Of a stretch of DNA of 64,000 nt, positions 39,461-49,629 are shown in pieces (position 1 is the stretch's first letter; every line of letters begins with the position of its first letter). Made by a program: the position numbers and the translations under genes. Source of the stretch: an uncultured virus (IMG/VR IMGVR_UViG_3300036715_002448) (taxonomy: Duplodnaviria; Heunggongvirae; Uroviricota; Caudoviricetes); the IMG/VR virus record IMGVR_UViG_3300036715_002448, positions 30,164-94,163 of that record; one strand, given 5' to 3'. Under the pieces are notes generated by a model that was not told where the DNA came from, did not search any database, and saw only the letters and a program-made list of their open reading frames with translations.

Positions 39461-41110
39461 TTAAAATCCATCATCACCACTAGCTTGGCTATTGTCAACT
39501 TGACCGATTGCTATAGAGTCTTCTTTAGCCTTTTTAAGTTTAGCTTCATCTTCAAGTTTCTTATAATGTGCATTAGCACGTAAATCTTCTTCGGACATAC
39601 CGAGATAACGTTTAACAAGCCATTCAGAAGACCAGAATTTTACTTCATTCATATTAGCATCTTGTTCAACTAAAGAGTCTTTCATAGCAGTAATAAATTC
39701 AATTTTCTTTTGAAGAATTTCAATTTCTTTCATTTCTTCAAAAATGTTCATTTTATTAAATCTAATACCAATTTGATTTTTAAATGCATCATCTTCTCTT
39801 AATTCAGGATAGTCTAAACACATTTGCAACCATATAGGTTTAACAAGCATTTCTTGAAATACTGAACGAAGTCTTGTAATAAATCTTGAGAATTTTATTT
39901 CATCACGAGTAGTACCTTCTGCATTTAGTTCCCACGACGGAGGAGACTCTTGGTCAAAACGTGACATTGGAATTTTAGAAACTTTGATAAGTTTTTCACG
40001 GAAGTATTTAAGAGCATCAGTGTCAGATAAATCTGGTCCATCATTACCAATAGTTTCTATTTGTGGCTCACCTGAGTCACTTGAAGGCAGCCAGTATTCT
40101 TTGTTGAATGGCATCATTGATTTACCATTAACTTTTAATTCACCAGATTCTGTATCAAAGTCTATTTGTTCTCGATAGTTTTGCATCAAAACACCAAGGG
40201 ATTGTTTTGCTCTTGTTTTTGATTTACCACCTACCGGAATAACAAATTTAGTTTTAAATGAAGAGTTTACAGTAGCCCAAATAACACGAGAATGTTCCAT
40301 AATCCTTAAAAGATTAAAAGAACGAATAAGACGTTCTACATAAGAAACTCTTGAGCTTGTATTTGATTGAGAATATGAAATATAAAGGATTTGCGAATCA
40401 TAAAGCTTACGTTCTTTCCCGGGTTGATCTTTGTATTGTTTCCAGATTTTTTTACCTTCGTTATCAAGTCCTGGTTCCAAAGAAATTGGATCAAGTTCTT
40501 TAAAGCCAATAATTTTTGTTTGTTTTGTATTATAAATAATTTCAAATGCTAAAAAACCATCAATTAACCATTTTCTAAAAAATGACCATGCCGAAATATC
40601 ATTGTTAAAACCGAAGTATTGATAAATCTTTTTGAAATTATCATCTAGTGACATTTTTATATTAGCAAGAGTTTCGGGTTGAAGAGTTTCATCATCAACA
40701 GTTATAGGGTAACAAAAATAATTTTTATCATCATATACAATTGCTTCATCGCAAAGCGTATCTAAAATTTCTTCAATTTCATCTTGTACTGCAAATTTTC
40801 TTAAGTCTTCTCGTTTTTTAGGATATGATTTATCAAAAATAGAAATTGCTTTTCTTAAATTTATATCAGTCATTGATAAATTTGCAAATAATGCATAATC
40901 ATCATAGTCGCCGCCCATAATTCCAGTTGGATCCATTTTCCAACCGAAATTGTTTTCATTTGAACCAATAGCCTTTGAATTCCTCAACACCATATCATCA
41001 TATTTCATCCCGAAAGATGATAATGATTTAAGTAAGCTTGATACATTATTTTTAGATGCAGATGAAGTTTTTTCATTGAATAATGCATCTCTGTTTATAA
41101 AACCAGCCAT
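39461..41110 (-). CDS. gp20: Portal protein
   Basis: EIEEILDTLCDEAIV, KWLIDG, NLLRIME, EYWLP, YFREKL..SKIPMSR, TRDEIKFSRFITRLR. Confidence 0.93.
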   Translation of the reverse strand: MAGFINRDALFNEKTSSASKNNVSSLLKSLSSFGMKYDDMVLRNSKAIGSNENNFGWKMDPTGIMGGDYDDYALFANLSMTDINLRKAISIFDKSYPKKREDLRKFAVQDEIEEILDTLCDEAIVYDDKNYFCYPITVDDETLQPETLANIKMSLDDNFKKIYQYFGFNNDISAWSFFRKWLIDGFLAFEIIYNTKQTKIIGFKELDPISLEPGLDNEGKKIWKQYKDQPGKERKLYDSQILYISYSQSNTSSRVSYVERLIRSFNLLRIMEHSRVIWATVNSSFKTKFVIPVGGKSKTRAKQSLGVLMQNYREQIDFDTESGELKVNGKSMMPFNKEYWLPSSDSGEPQIETIGNDGPDLSDTDALKYFREKLIKVSKIPMSRFDQESPPSWELNAEGTTRDEIKFSRFITRLRSVFQEMLVKPIWLQMCLDYPELREDDAFKNQIGIRFNKMNIFEEMKEIEILQKKIEFITAMKDSLVEQDANMNEVKFWSSEWLVKRYLGMSEEDLRANAHYKKLEDEAKLKKAKEDSIAIGQVDNSQASGDDGF

Positions 41111-41153
41111 ATTTATGTTATTTTAAGGTTGTCATTTATTTATATATCACTCT

Positions 41154-41915
41154 TTATTTTCTTAACTTGAACAATCCTTTTCTGTGGTTTTCCTCGAGTT
41201 TATCCCTCATCGAACCTATATTTTTATTATAGTATGATATGTATCTAATAAAATTCAAGTAAATTCTTCTTAAAGAATAACCTTCTGTTACAAGTTGTGG
41301 ATATTTAGGTGGAGTATTCATTCTTGCAACAGTTTTCCATTCCTCGTAAGCTATACAAGTTAAAGTTGGTTGTATATTTTCCATTTTGTATATTCGCATA
41401 CCAAATGAAAATCCTACTTTATCCATTAATTTTTTAATTTTATACAAGTTTAACAACACATAACCTTGATTTTTGGCATCATTAGGTGCTTTTTTAATTT
41501 CTGCATCATATTTAGATTTATATAGAGTCCTTATTGTTTTAAGGAAAAACAATCTTGCTCTTAAAGGGTACCAACTAAGATTAATTCCTAACAAAACTGG
41601 TCCATTTGTTGTATCTTTTAATCCAAAAATAAGAGCTATGGGATGCCTATCCCAGTACGATAAGTTTTCACCAGTTTCTGCATTGTATTTAAAAATGTAA
41701 ATTTTTCCTGGTAATAATCTACGGTTTGTTACAACTTGAACTTTTGTGGATTTGTTTTTAAGTTCATTTTCATACCAAGCAATGGCTTCGGAAGAAGTCA
41801 TTTTATTTTTAGTTGAAAATTCATCTTCAATACTAGCTTCTCTTGGTTTAACAATATCATTTGTAGCATTATCTACTGCATTAAAAATAATATTTAATTC
41901 ATCTTCAATATGCAT
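41154..41915 (-). CDS. gp2-like DNA end protector
   Basis: PGKIYIFKY, YWDRHPIAL, GINLSWYP. Confidence 0.7.
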   Translation of the reverse strand: MHIEDELNIIFNAVDNATNDIVKPREASIEDEFSTKNKMTSSEAIAWYENELKNKSTKVQVVTNRRLLPGKIYIFKYNAETGENLSYWDRHPIALIFGLKDTTNGPVLLGINLSWYPLRARLFFLKTIRTLYKSKYDAEIKKAPNDAKNQGYVLLNLYKIKKLMDKVGFSFGMRIYKMENIQPTLTCIAYEEWKTVARMNTPPKYPQLVTEGYSLRRIYLNFIRYISYYNKNIGSMRDKLEENHRKGLFKLRK

Positions 41916-41927
41916 GATTATTAAATT

Positions 41928-42401
41928 TTATTTTGCCGTAGAGAAAAACTCCTCAGTAACAAAAGTAAATTCCCAACCTCTAGATTCTGCAAATTTAACT
42001 GCTGCTTGATGTTTACTCATGTTCATTAACCAAGTGTTATATGCCCACTTATAAGCTGCTACTGTTTTAGGTGTTTTTCTCTTAGGTTCTGTAGGTTTTT
42101 TTAATTGTGCCTTTGGTTTAATTTCAACTAAAAGAACCTTCCCGGTATCTAATTTAACTAAATAGTCCGGATAGTATGTGTGGTATTTATTGTCTACTAA
42201 ATTAAAATACTTAATTGCTACTGACTCTGACGTCCATCCTATAATTTGAGGATTCCTTTCACAATATAAACAAAATTTTCTTTCCCAAGATGATCTAAAA
42301 ATAACAGGTCCCGTACCTAGATATTTTTTGCACTCATTTAAGGCAAAATACCCCTGCACGAAACCTGATTTTTTTGATGGCTTAAGTTGTTTAATGTCCA
42401 T
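41928..42401 (-). CDS. gp4: Head completion nuclease (gp4/TnsA-like)
   Basis: FRSSWERKF, WTSE, YYPDY, VEIKP, GWEFTFVTE. Confidence 0.88.
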   Translation of the reverse strand: MDIKQLKPSKKSGFVQGYFALNECKKYLGTGPVIFRSSWERKFCLYCERNPQIIGWTSESVAIKYFNLVDNKYHTYYPDYLVKLDTGKVLLVEIKPKAQLKKPTEPKRKTPKTVAAYKWAYNTWLMNMSKHQAAVKFAESRGWEFTFVTEEFFSTAK

Positions 42402-42418
42402 CTAAAATGTTAATAATT

Positions 42419-42718
42419 TTATTCTGCTACTTCTACAACACCATTAGCAGCAATAACTGCTTGCATTTCTTCATCATTTAAAGAAATATCATGAGCTTCA
42501 TCTTCTCCATTAAAAATGTAAGAACCATCAGTTACACCTTGGTATAACATGTCAGTGTTTTTAACACCATCAATAGTCAAAACATACTCTTTACCAGGTA
42601 CTAATTCATCTATAGAAGACAATACTTTAGCAATTGGATCTTCATCAATTGTTTTAGATGGATCAAAAACGTCGTATTGTTCGTTTACAAATTCGTCAAA
42701 TGATAATAATTTTTTCAT
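42419..42718 (-). CDS. Putative internal head protein (acidic)
   Basis: CTS-like MKKLLSFDEFVNE; class A motif upstream. Confidence 0.6.
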   Translation of the reverse strand: MKKLLSFDEFVNEQYDVFDPSKTIDEDPIAKVLSSIDELVPGKEYVLTIDGVKNTDMLYQGVTDGSYIFNGEDEAHDISLNDEEMQAVIAANGVVEVAE

Positions 42719-42834
42719 ATTGTTTATTTTTTTTAGTTATTTTAATTTATATATCTCTGTTATTTTTTGTGTATTATAAATTCATATTGTCATTACATTA
42801 TATCAGAAGTATATGCGTAAGTTCCTGTTCCTAC

Positions 42835-43557
42835 CTACCCCATTTCTGATATTCTAGAATTTACTTTATCTACAATTGAAATTAAAATGTTATATTCAAT
42901 TTCATCTAATGATTTTTCAACATGTACTGCAATTTGTCTAATTAGGCTTTTGCGATTGTTATTAATTTGTGCTATTTTATTAAACTCCCTTTTATTTATG
43001 TAGTATTTTTTAATACTTAAATCTGTGTAAGGGTTTTTAGCAAGTTCCGAAAACAAATTTGATAATTTATCATCATGAATAAACTTATCCGTTATTTTAT
43101 CACAAGTTGCCTTGATTTGAATATATTGAGGATCTTTTGCAATGTCCTTTAATTTACCTTCAACTTTAGCTCTCCATGCCGGAAAAAGTTTTTCACTATT
43201 TACAATACCACCACTAGAATAATTTTTTGATTTAATTATATCAATTGCTATAATTCCTTTAATGATATTATACCAATGCATTTTTTTAGGCATTTCCGTA
43301 ACAGTTCCATCGACAAACTCAGAAACTTCTTTGTTGTTTTGTGTAATCATTAATTCTTCTGGATTTGCTACCCAAGTATCACCATTTTGGTCTTTATAAG
43401 TAACAATCCCTTCATTAGAAGTTTTAGAAATAATTATACCAGAAGTTCCATCAACAGAAAGAACCCTTTTTCCTATTCCTAAGAGGTCTCCATCTATAGA
43501 GTACATTTTAGTCGACTCATTAGTAAATTCTTCGTAACAAATTATTTTTTTCATCAT
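42835..43557 (-). CDS. Putative internal head protein
   Basis: CTS-like MKKIICYEEFTNE. Confidence 0.55.
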   Translation of the reverse strand: MMKKIICYEEFTNESTKMYSIDGDLLGIGKRVLSVDGTSGIIISKTSNEGIVTYKDQNGDTWVANPEELMITQNNKEVSEFVDGTVTEMPKKMHWYNIIKGIIAIDIIKSKNYSSGGIVNSEKLFPAWRAKVEGKLKDIAKDPQYIQIKATCDKITDKFIHDDKLSNLFSELAKNPYTDLSIKKYYINKREFNKIAQINNNRKSLIRQIAVHVEKSLDEIEYNILISIVDKVNSRISEMG

Positions 43558-43937
43558 TCTTCTTCAGGTACGTTGGACGCTTCTCCTTCTTTTTTTTCGT
43601 TTGGTTTTTCTTTTTCTTTTGGTTTTTTTGGAACTAAATCCTTAGAAACATCTTTTTTATCTTTTTGTAATTCAGTTGGAGAAATATTAGTATCTTTTAT
43701 GTCAAAAAAACTAGATTTTTCATTTGAAAAAACTTTTTTTCTACCATAATCAAATACAAATAAATCCTTACCATCTTTATCTTTAACTTCATAAGTTTTT
43801 TCTACTGCATTTTGTTTAATTATTACTTTGCTGGCATTTTGTTTTTTCCAAATTGCCCACCAAGAAAGTTCAACATCAATTACATTTTTAAAATTAGTTG
43901 ATTCAAGTAATAAAAATTCTTTGTATTTTAAAAACAT
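43554..43937 (-). CDS. Putative internal head protein
   Basis: CTS-like MFLKYKEFLLLE. Confidence 0.5.
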   Translation of the reverse strand: MFLKYKEFLLLESTNFKNVIDVELSWWAIWKKQNASKVIIKQNAVEKTYEVKDKDGKDLFVFDYGRKKVFSNEKSSFFDIKDTNISPTELQKDKKDVSKDLVPKKPKEKEKPNEKKEGEASNVPEEE

Positions 43938-43954
43938 TCCTTTTTTTAATATTT

Positions 43955-44305
43955 TTATATTGTATAAATCCCATTTCCGCTTTTAGAATTTGACATAGAA
44001 ACAGTACCTTTATATTTAGGTGGATGTAATTTTCCCCATCCTTTAGCATAACCATGTTTTGCTATTTGTGTATAATATGCAAATGCATTAGTATATTTAG
44101 CAGGGTCAAATTTTTTCCAGTACTTTAACAAATCGAAAATTGCAAATGAAATGCAGTCTTCTTTATCTACTGGATTTTTAAAAACTAATTTATTACTAGC
44201 TTCTTGTGCAATTAATATGAGCATGTTTATTGCTTTTGGCGTTAGCTCATCCTTTTCCAACGAAATACAAATTTCATCGTATAATTCTTTAGGATCTACG
44301 TACAT
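43955..44305 (-). CDS. gp55: Late-transcription sigma factor, short gp55-like
   Basis: YVDPKEL, KEDCIS, KFDPAKYTNAFAYYTQI. Confidence 0.8.
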   Translation of the reverse strand: MYVDPKELYDEICISLEKDELTPKAINMLILIAQEASNKLVFKNPVDKEDCISFAIFDLLKYWKKFDPAKYTNAFAYYTQIAKHGYAKGWGKLHPPKYKGTVSMSNSKSGNGIYTI

Positions 44306-44316
44306 TTATTTAAAAT

Positions 44317-45828
44317 TTAAAGTTTAACACTAATTAATGATTTTTCTATTTGAAACTTTTTACCAGTAGATGTTATTATATCAATTTTATCAAGATTACC
44401 TGCTTTAGCATACTGTAATGCATGTACTTTTACAACATTAGTACCACCTAAACCAGCTAATTTAACTCCCTTATTTAATTCGCCATTGACGTAATCTTCG
44501 TCATTAATTTTTTCAATTAAAGTGTTTTTTTTAAGTTCTTCTTGAACTGCTAATTCATCAACTAAAATTTGACGTGCTTCTTTGATGCTTTCTGTTAAAC
44601 CATTAGTTTTTTCAAATTCATCAATTTTAGTCAAATTTTCTCGTAAAAAGTCAATTTTTTCTTGAATTGCACTAATTGCTTTTTCTTTTTCAACTTCGAT
44701 TTTGTGTTCTTCATCAATTAAGTATTTAACAGATTCTGAAATATCAAAGTTCATGAATTCTTTAACAGTTGCTATTGCATCATTAGCTGATTCACATTCA
44801 ACAATCCTGTTTTCTTTCATTCCATGATTAGTCAATTGCAAGAACAATTTATCTTCTACATTGAATACGGTAGCAGAAACTCCTTCATAAATTTTACTTT
44901 TAACATTGTAGGCAAAATCAATTTCTTTGATTTTATTACCTTCATTAATAGCACGTTGAAGAGAACCAAGTTTAGCAGATTCATTGAAAGATACAATACC
45001 TTTAGTAACAAGATAAGTATCAAGGTCTTTTGCAGCAATTTCTTTATTATCTAACATAACTTTAGCACCTTCCGCAAGGAATTCAATATCTAAAACATGT
45101 TGATTGTTAGGATAAACTCTCATAACATCTTTATCAAATTTTGCATTTTCAGCTATTTGACAAAGAGATGCAAATGAATTAGAAGCAGCTTCTTTATAAA
45201 CTTCAATTTTACCTTCTGTTAAAGTAAGATTCAAACCATTAGAGTGGAATAAATAAGAAGATTCGTTAACTATTTCTACTGGTGAATAAACTTTTGAAAC
45301 TTCAAAATTAGGATTTTTACCATTGTAAGAACCTTTTAAAGTTTCGGCATATTCATATAATCTTTTAACAAGTGGAATCCATTTTTCAGTTTTCAAAGTT
45401 TCTAAAATCATTTCAACAGGTTTTTCAGCTTCAGAGCATTCTTGAATCTTTTTAATTGTTCCTGTGTAATAATTAGAATTTTTATCATTCTTCAAATCAA
45501 AGACCATACTTTCAAGAATAATAAGCATAGAATTGTCTGCCAAAAATTTTGTAGCTTCATTTATAAAAGCTAAAATATCTTTATGCCAATCATAAATTTT
45601 AAGTTCTTTTGTCAAACTTTCAAGAACTTGAAGACGATTAACAAGAATGTCATTTTCTTGTGTCTCGGAAATAACTTTCATATTTTCTATAATCATATCT
45701 TCTTGATTAAGATTTTTGTATGCTCTTTCTAAAATAATTTTAGAAGAATTATTTTCTACTTGACCAAGTAAAGATGCCAACTTTGATTTAAGATCGAAAT
45801 CGTTAAATTTGTTTTTTAATTGTTGCAT
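44317..45828 (-). CDS. Hypothetical, probably structural protein
   Basis: 503-aa ORF with many (I/V/F)NE sites in a late operon. Confidence 0.6.
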   Translation of the reverse strand: MQQLKNKFNDFDLKSKLASLLGQVENNSSKIILERAYKNLNQEDMIIENMKVISETQENDILVNRLQVLESLTKELKIYDWHKDILAFINEATKFLADNSMLIILESMVFDLKNDKNSNYYTGTIKKIQECSEAEKPVEMILETLKTEKWIPLVKRLYEYAETLKGSYNGKNPNFEVSKVYSPVEIVNESSYLFHSNGLNLTLTEGKIEVYKEAASNSFASLCQIAENAKFDKDVMRVYPNNQHVLDIEFLAEGAKVMLDNKEIAAKDLDTYLVTKGIVSFNESAKLGSLQRAINEGNKIKEIDFAYNVKSKIYEGVSATVFNVEDKLFLQLTNHGMKENRIVECESANDAIATVKEFMNFDISESVKYLIDEEHKIEVEKEKAISAIQEKIDFLRENLTKIDEFEKTNGLTESIKEARQILVDELAVQEELKKNTLIEKINDEDYVNGELNKGVKLAGLGGTNVVKVHALQYAKAGNLDKIDIITSTGKKFQIEKSLISVKL

Positions 45829-45843
45829 TGTATTTATATTTTT

Positions 45844-46806
45844 TTATTTTTTGATGTTTTTTTCCCAATAAGCTTTAAGTCTTTCAAATTCTGCTTTGCC
45901 CATATTTGACTTCATATAATCTACTATGTCATTGTCATAATCTTCCTTTTCCTCAGAATACATTCCAGGAGTATCAATATAATCAGAACCCATTATCTTT
46001 TTAATAGCAGATTCAGGCATACCGTCGATTTCTTCTAAAAATTTATTAAAATCTTTGGTATTTTTAAAAGAAACTCCTTCATAAAGACTTGACTCAGCTA
46101 AAATTTCTTTAATTTTTTGAAGTTTTTCAGCATCTTTTAACACAGCTTGCAATGCATCTAAATTGGCTTTTGCTGTATTATTTTCTTTTTTATCAGTATC
46201 TTCTTTTTTATCCGTATCTTCTTTTTTATCTACATCTTCTGGTTTTTCTTTTAACTTATCTAGTGATTTTGATAAATCTGTATCTGGTTTAGCTTTTTTA
46301 GGATCAATTCCTTTAGTTAAATCTTGCGATGATGCATTTAACACATCATCGATATCTGACTGTGAAACTTTTTTATCTTCTTCAAATAAACTAGATTCAT
46401 TTAATTCATCTGCTTTAGTATTAGCTTCAACAAGAGTATCAAATCTGTATATACCAGTTTTAAACGTAGGTAAATTTTTAGAACCTGATTTAACTTCATA
46501 TTTATTAATAGAAGTATTTTTTACAAGATAGAAAACTTTGTCATCTTCATTCAAAAGATCTTCATCAAGAATATCATTTTGCATAGTTTCATAGTCAATA
46601 GATTCACCTAAGAATACTTGACTAATAACTTTTCGTTTTCTTTCTTCATCAATTCCTAAAGTTGTCAAATACACATAAACTACTTTAGCATTTTTTCCTT
46701 CTGCTTGTAGTTTTTTAACAATAGGATATAAAGATCCAGCACCATAGTAATTATACTGTCCTGCTAAGTCTTCATTCAAATATTGATTATATGATTTTAA
46801 ATTCAT
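45844..46806 (-). CDS. Putative internal head protein
   Basis: CTS-like MNLKSYNQYLNE, multiple LNE sites, class A motif upstream. Confidence 0.6.
   Translation of the reverse strand: MNLKSYNQYLNEDLAGQYNYYGAGSLYPIVKKLQAEGKNAKVVYVYLTTLGIDEERKRKVISQVFLGESIDYETMQNDILDEDLLNEDDKVFYLVKNTSINKYEVKSGSKNLPTFKTGIYRFDTLVEANTKADELNESSLFEEDKKVSQSDIDDVLNASSQDLTKGIDPKKAKPDTDLSKSLDKLKEKPEDVDKKEDTDKKEDTDKKENNTAKANLDALQAVLKDAEKLQKIKEILAESSLYEGVSFKNTKDFNKFLEEIDGMPESAIKKIMGSDYIDTPGMYSEEKEDYDNDIVDYMKSNMGKAEFERLKAYWEKNIKK
46183..46236. repeat. Imperfect 18-bp tandem repeat x3 (D[T/V]DKKE)
   Basis: ttcttttttatc(agt/cgt/tac)atc. Confidence 0.8.
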
Positions 46807-46847
46807 AGTTGAACTTTATTTTTATTTATATATCATTCTAATTTTTT

Positions 46848-47684
46848 TTAATTTTTTACCTCATTTATAAACCCAAGTTGTCCACTTGCACCTGGAATTC
46901 CAGTGTTTGTTACTAAAGGAGTAGGACCTGATACATCCGATGATGCTACATATCCAGTACTAATAATTTTATCCATTTTATCACCAACGAAAAATCTACC
47001 ACAATCACCGGTTTGTCCCATAATTGATATATGTTCTTCTTTGTAAACTGGCATACTGCATTTTATTTCTATAGCAAAAGACAATTTAAATTCCTTTTTG
47101 TCTTCGAATGAATACTCTAAAGTTTGTTCTCTTGTCACATCTTCAGGAAATATAGCATAACAAGGAATCATGTTGTTTTGATATTCTATGTTAAAAGGAA
47201 GTGATTTATAAAATCCTTTAAAAATAACTTCCGATGCTTTTAATTGATCTAAAATAGTATCAACTAATATAGAAACATTTAAGTTAATAAGTAATGGAAT
47301 AAAAAATGTTTCCGAGTTATAAGTGTTTAATGTACCATCATCTTCTTGTACAATATGGTCAGTTCTAACATACTTATTTACAACTGACTGAGAGTCTATA
47401 GAAATTCCTTCTAATTCAACAATTCCTCTAGGTATTTGATTATAAACTGTTTCAGAATATTGATTCGCTGGATCATAATCAAAAGTATTTAAAAACGCGT
47501 CATTTAAATAACGTTCTGATCCAGTAGTAGACATATAAAAAGGTATGTCAATATACTTCTTATCTTCAATATTTGGTCCGACTTGATTAATCCAAGACAT
47601 ACCATTTATCTTAGCAAGAAAGCCTACTATAACACTTCTTAAAAATGAAAGGTCTTTATTAGAATGAACATCATAAACCGCCAT
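46848..47684 (-). CDS. gp15-like tail terminator / sheath stabiliser
   Basis: IDIPFYM..ERYL, IPRGIVEL, PLLINLNV..DQLKASEVI. Confidence 0.7.
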   Translation of the reverse strand: MAVYDVHSNKDLSFLRSVIVGFLAKINGMSWINQVGPNIEDKKYIDIPFYMSTTGSERYLNDAFLNTFDYDPANQYSETVYNQIPRGIVELEGISIDSQSVVNKYVRTDHIVQEDDGTLNTYNSETFFIPLLINLNVSILVDTILDQLKASEVIFKGFYKSLPFNIEYQNNMIPCYAIFPEDVTREQTLEYSFEDKKEFKLSFAIEIKCSMPVYKEEHISIMGQTGDCGRFFVGDKMDKIISTGYVASSDVSGPTPLVTNTGIPGASGQLGFINEVKN

Positions 47685-47712
47685 TTAAAATTTACTTTTA
47701 TTTATATATCTA

Positions 47713-49629
47713 TTATTGAATAGCTTCTTTTTGCAATTGGCTAAAACCACCAACTTTAATAATTTCAACTCTTTTATCAAAAAGTTCCATAGGCAATTCG
47801 CTATGATTTATTACCCAAGTATTCAATTCATATTCTTTAGTAATTTCTTGAAGAATTTTTATTATTTCATATACACCTGCTGCATCAACAGAAGAGAAAA
47901 TCTCATCAAGGAAAAGTAAATTAAGTGTAGGATATTGAATTTTTAAAATTTTAAGTAATGCAATAATAATAATAAAGTCGGCACGTTTCCTTTCGCCAGT
48001 TGACATGCTTAATGGATTTATTTGTTCACCGATTGAAGTAATTACACAGTCAAACTTATCATCAAATTTAATAACATAAGGTAAGTGAACTTGATTAATC
48101 ATCATATTAATATTTTGATTAAGAGTAGGTAGTATAGTTTTCATTGCTAAATTCTTAACACCATCATCGCCTAAAATGTATTCAAGAATTTCCAAGAAAG
48201 AATCTTCCGTTAAATACTCTGTTTGTTTAACTTTCCTGTCGCTTATTTTAACTGTATTTTCGTCTAATAATTCATTAAGACTGTTTTTATCAGTTTCTTT
48301 ATCTTCATTAACTATTTTTTCCGCTTCTTCTCTGTATTGAGTTATTAAAATAGATGATTTTGTAGAAATACCATATTGTTCTTTTACTTTTATTGCTATA
48401 GCTTTTATTTTTTTATCTAATTCTAATAGCTCATTTTTTACTTCATTTACAATAAATTCCTTTTCTCCTAATTGTTGTTCTAATGTTTGTTTATTATGAA
48501 CATGTGAATCTGTTGTTAAAGGTGCTCCACATGTAGGACAAGTGTCATTTTGATATAATCTAATTTTTTCTTTAATTGTTTTTAGTTCATGGTGTAAATT
48601 ACCTAATGATTGTTTTTTGTTTTCCAATAATTCTGTTACCTTAGTCTCTAATTGAGTCAATTTAGCATAGTCTTCATCTACTAATTTTTTAGAGTTTAAC
48701 AATTCTTGAATTTTGGTTTTGTAATCAGCAATTAGCTTATTTTTATCATTTTTTTTAAAATTTTCTAATTTTTTAATTCGATCTGTTATAGAAATTATCG
48801 TCGAATCAATGATATTTAACTCGTCATAAATTGTTTTAAGTTTTTCTTTTATTTCTTTTCTTTCATTTTTTATTTGGTCCTTCATTTCATTAATTACAGA
48901 AAATCCAAACAACCTATCAATAATATTTCTTTTATCAAGAGGCGTCATTGTTAAAAATGAACGAAAGTCATTTATAGAAAGAACAACTATATTCTTGAAA
49001 ACGTGATAAGGAATGTCGAAAATTTCATTGTCAAGATAATCTTGCACGTTATTGTTACCTGCCGTATCATACTCAATTCCATCAATTTCTACTTTTAGAA
49101 ATGTGGGAGCAATACCTCTTGTAATTTCTACACTTTTATTTTTAGATAAAAGATGTATTTTGCATTGAAGATTTTTGTTAATTCTATTAGGTAAGTCAGT
49201 TTTCTTTTTCTTTTCAATACGACCATACATAGCATATATAATAGCTTCCGCAATGGTTGAATTGTGGGATACAAATCCATTAGCATAAAATTCTTTTACA
49301 TCTGAAACTTGTATATCTAATAAATCTTTAGTTTCATTTAATAATTCAATACTTGTTATTATTTCTATGCCATCTATAGTTTCAATACTATCACCTACTT
49401 TAAAATCTTTTATTTTTTTCCAATTTTTATAAAATAATAAATGATCCGGCGAACCTATTATTGATTTATTTTTTGTTGATATTTTTATACATTTGCTATT
49501 TTTTGCAGTTATTGCAATAGCTTCAACATGTTTTAATCCAATTCTTGTATTAACCTCTATTTTATTATTAGATATTGCATTTGTCAATTTTTCAAATTCC
49601 AACAAATCTCCTAATGTACAATTTATCAT
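47713..49629 (-). CDS. gp46: Split-intein C fragment (123 aa) + C-terminal part of gp46 (Rad50/SbcC-like ATPase)
   Basis: SPDH..DIQV..FYANGFVSHN|STIAEAI; zinc hook CPTCG; MSTGE; LFLDEIFSSVD; INH. Confidence 0.93.
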   Translation of the reverse strand: MINCTLGDLLEFEKLTNAISNNKIEVNTRIGLKHVEAIAITAKNSKCIKISTKNKSIIGSPDHLLFYKNWKKIKDFKVGDSIETIDGIEIITSIELLNETKDLLDIQVSDVKEFYANGFVSHNSTIAEAIIYAMYGRIEKKKKTDLPNRINKNLQCKIHLLSKNKSVEITRGIAPTFLKVEIDGIEYDTAGNNNVQDYLDNEIFDIPYHVFKNIVVLSINDFRSFLTMTPLDKRNIIDRLFGFSVINEMKDQIKNERKEIKEKLKTIYDELNIIDSTIISITDRIKKLENFKKNDKNKLIADYKTKIQELLNSKKLVDEDYAKLTQLETKVTELLENKKQSLGNLHHELKTIKEKIRLYQNDTCPTCGAPLTTDSHVHNKQTLEQQLGEKEFIVNEVKNELLELDKKIKAIAIKVKEQYGISTKSSILITQYREEAEKIVNEDKETDKNSLNELLDENTVKISDRKVKQTEYLTEDSFLEILEYILGDDGVKNLAMKTILPTLNQNINMMINQVHLPYVIKFDDKFDCVITSIGEQINPLSMSTGERKRADFIIIIALLKILKIQYPTLNLLFLDEIFSSVDAAGVYEIIKILQEITKEYELNTWVINHSELPMELFDKRVEIIKVGGFSQLQKEAIQ

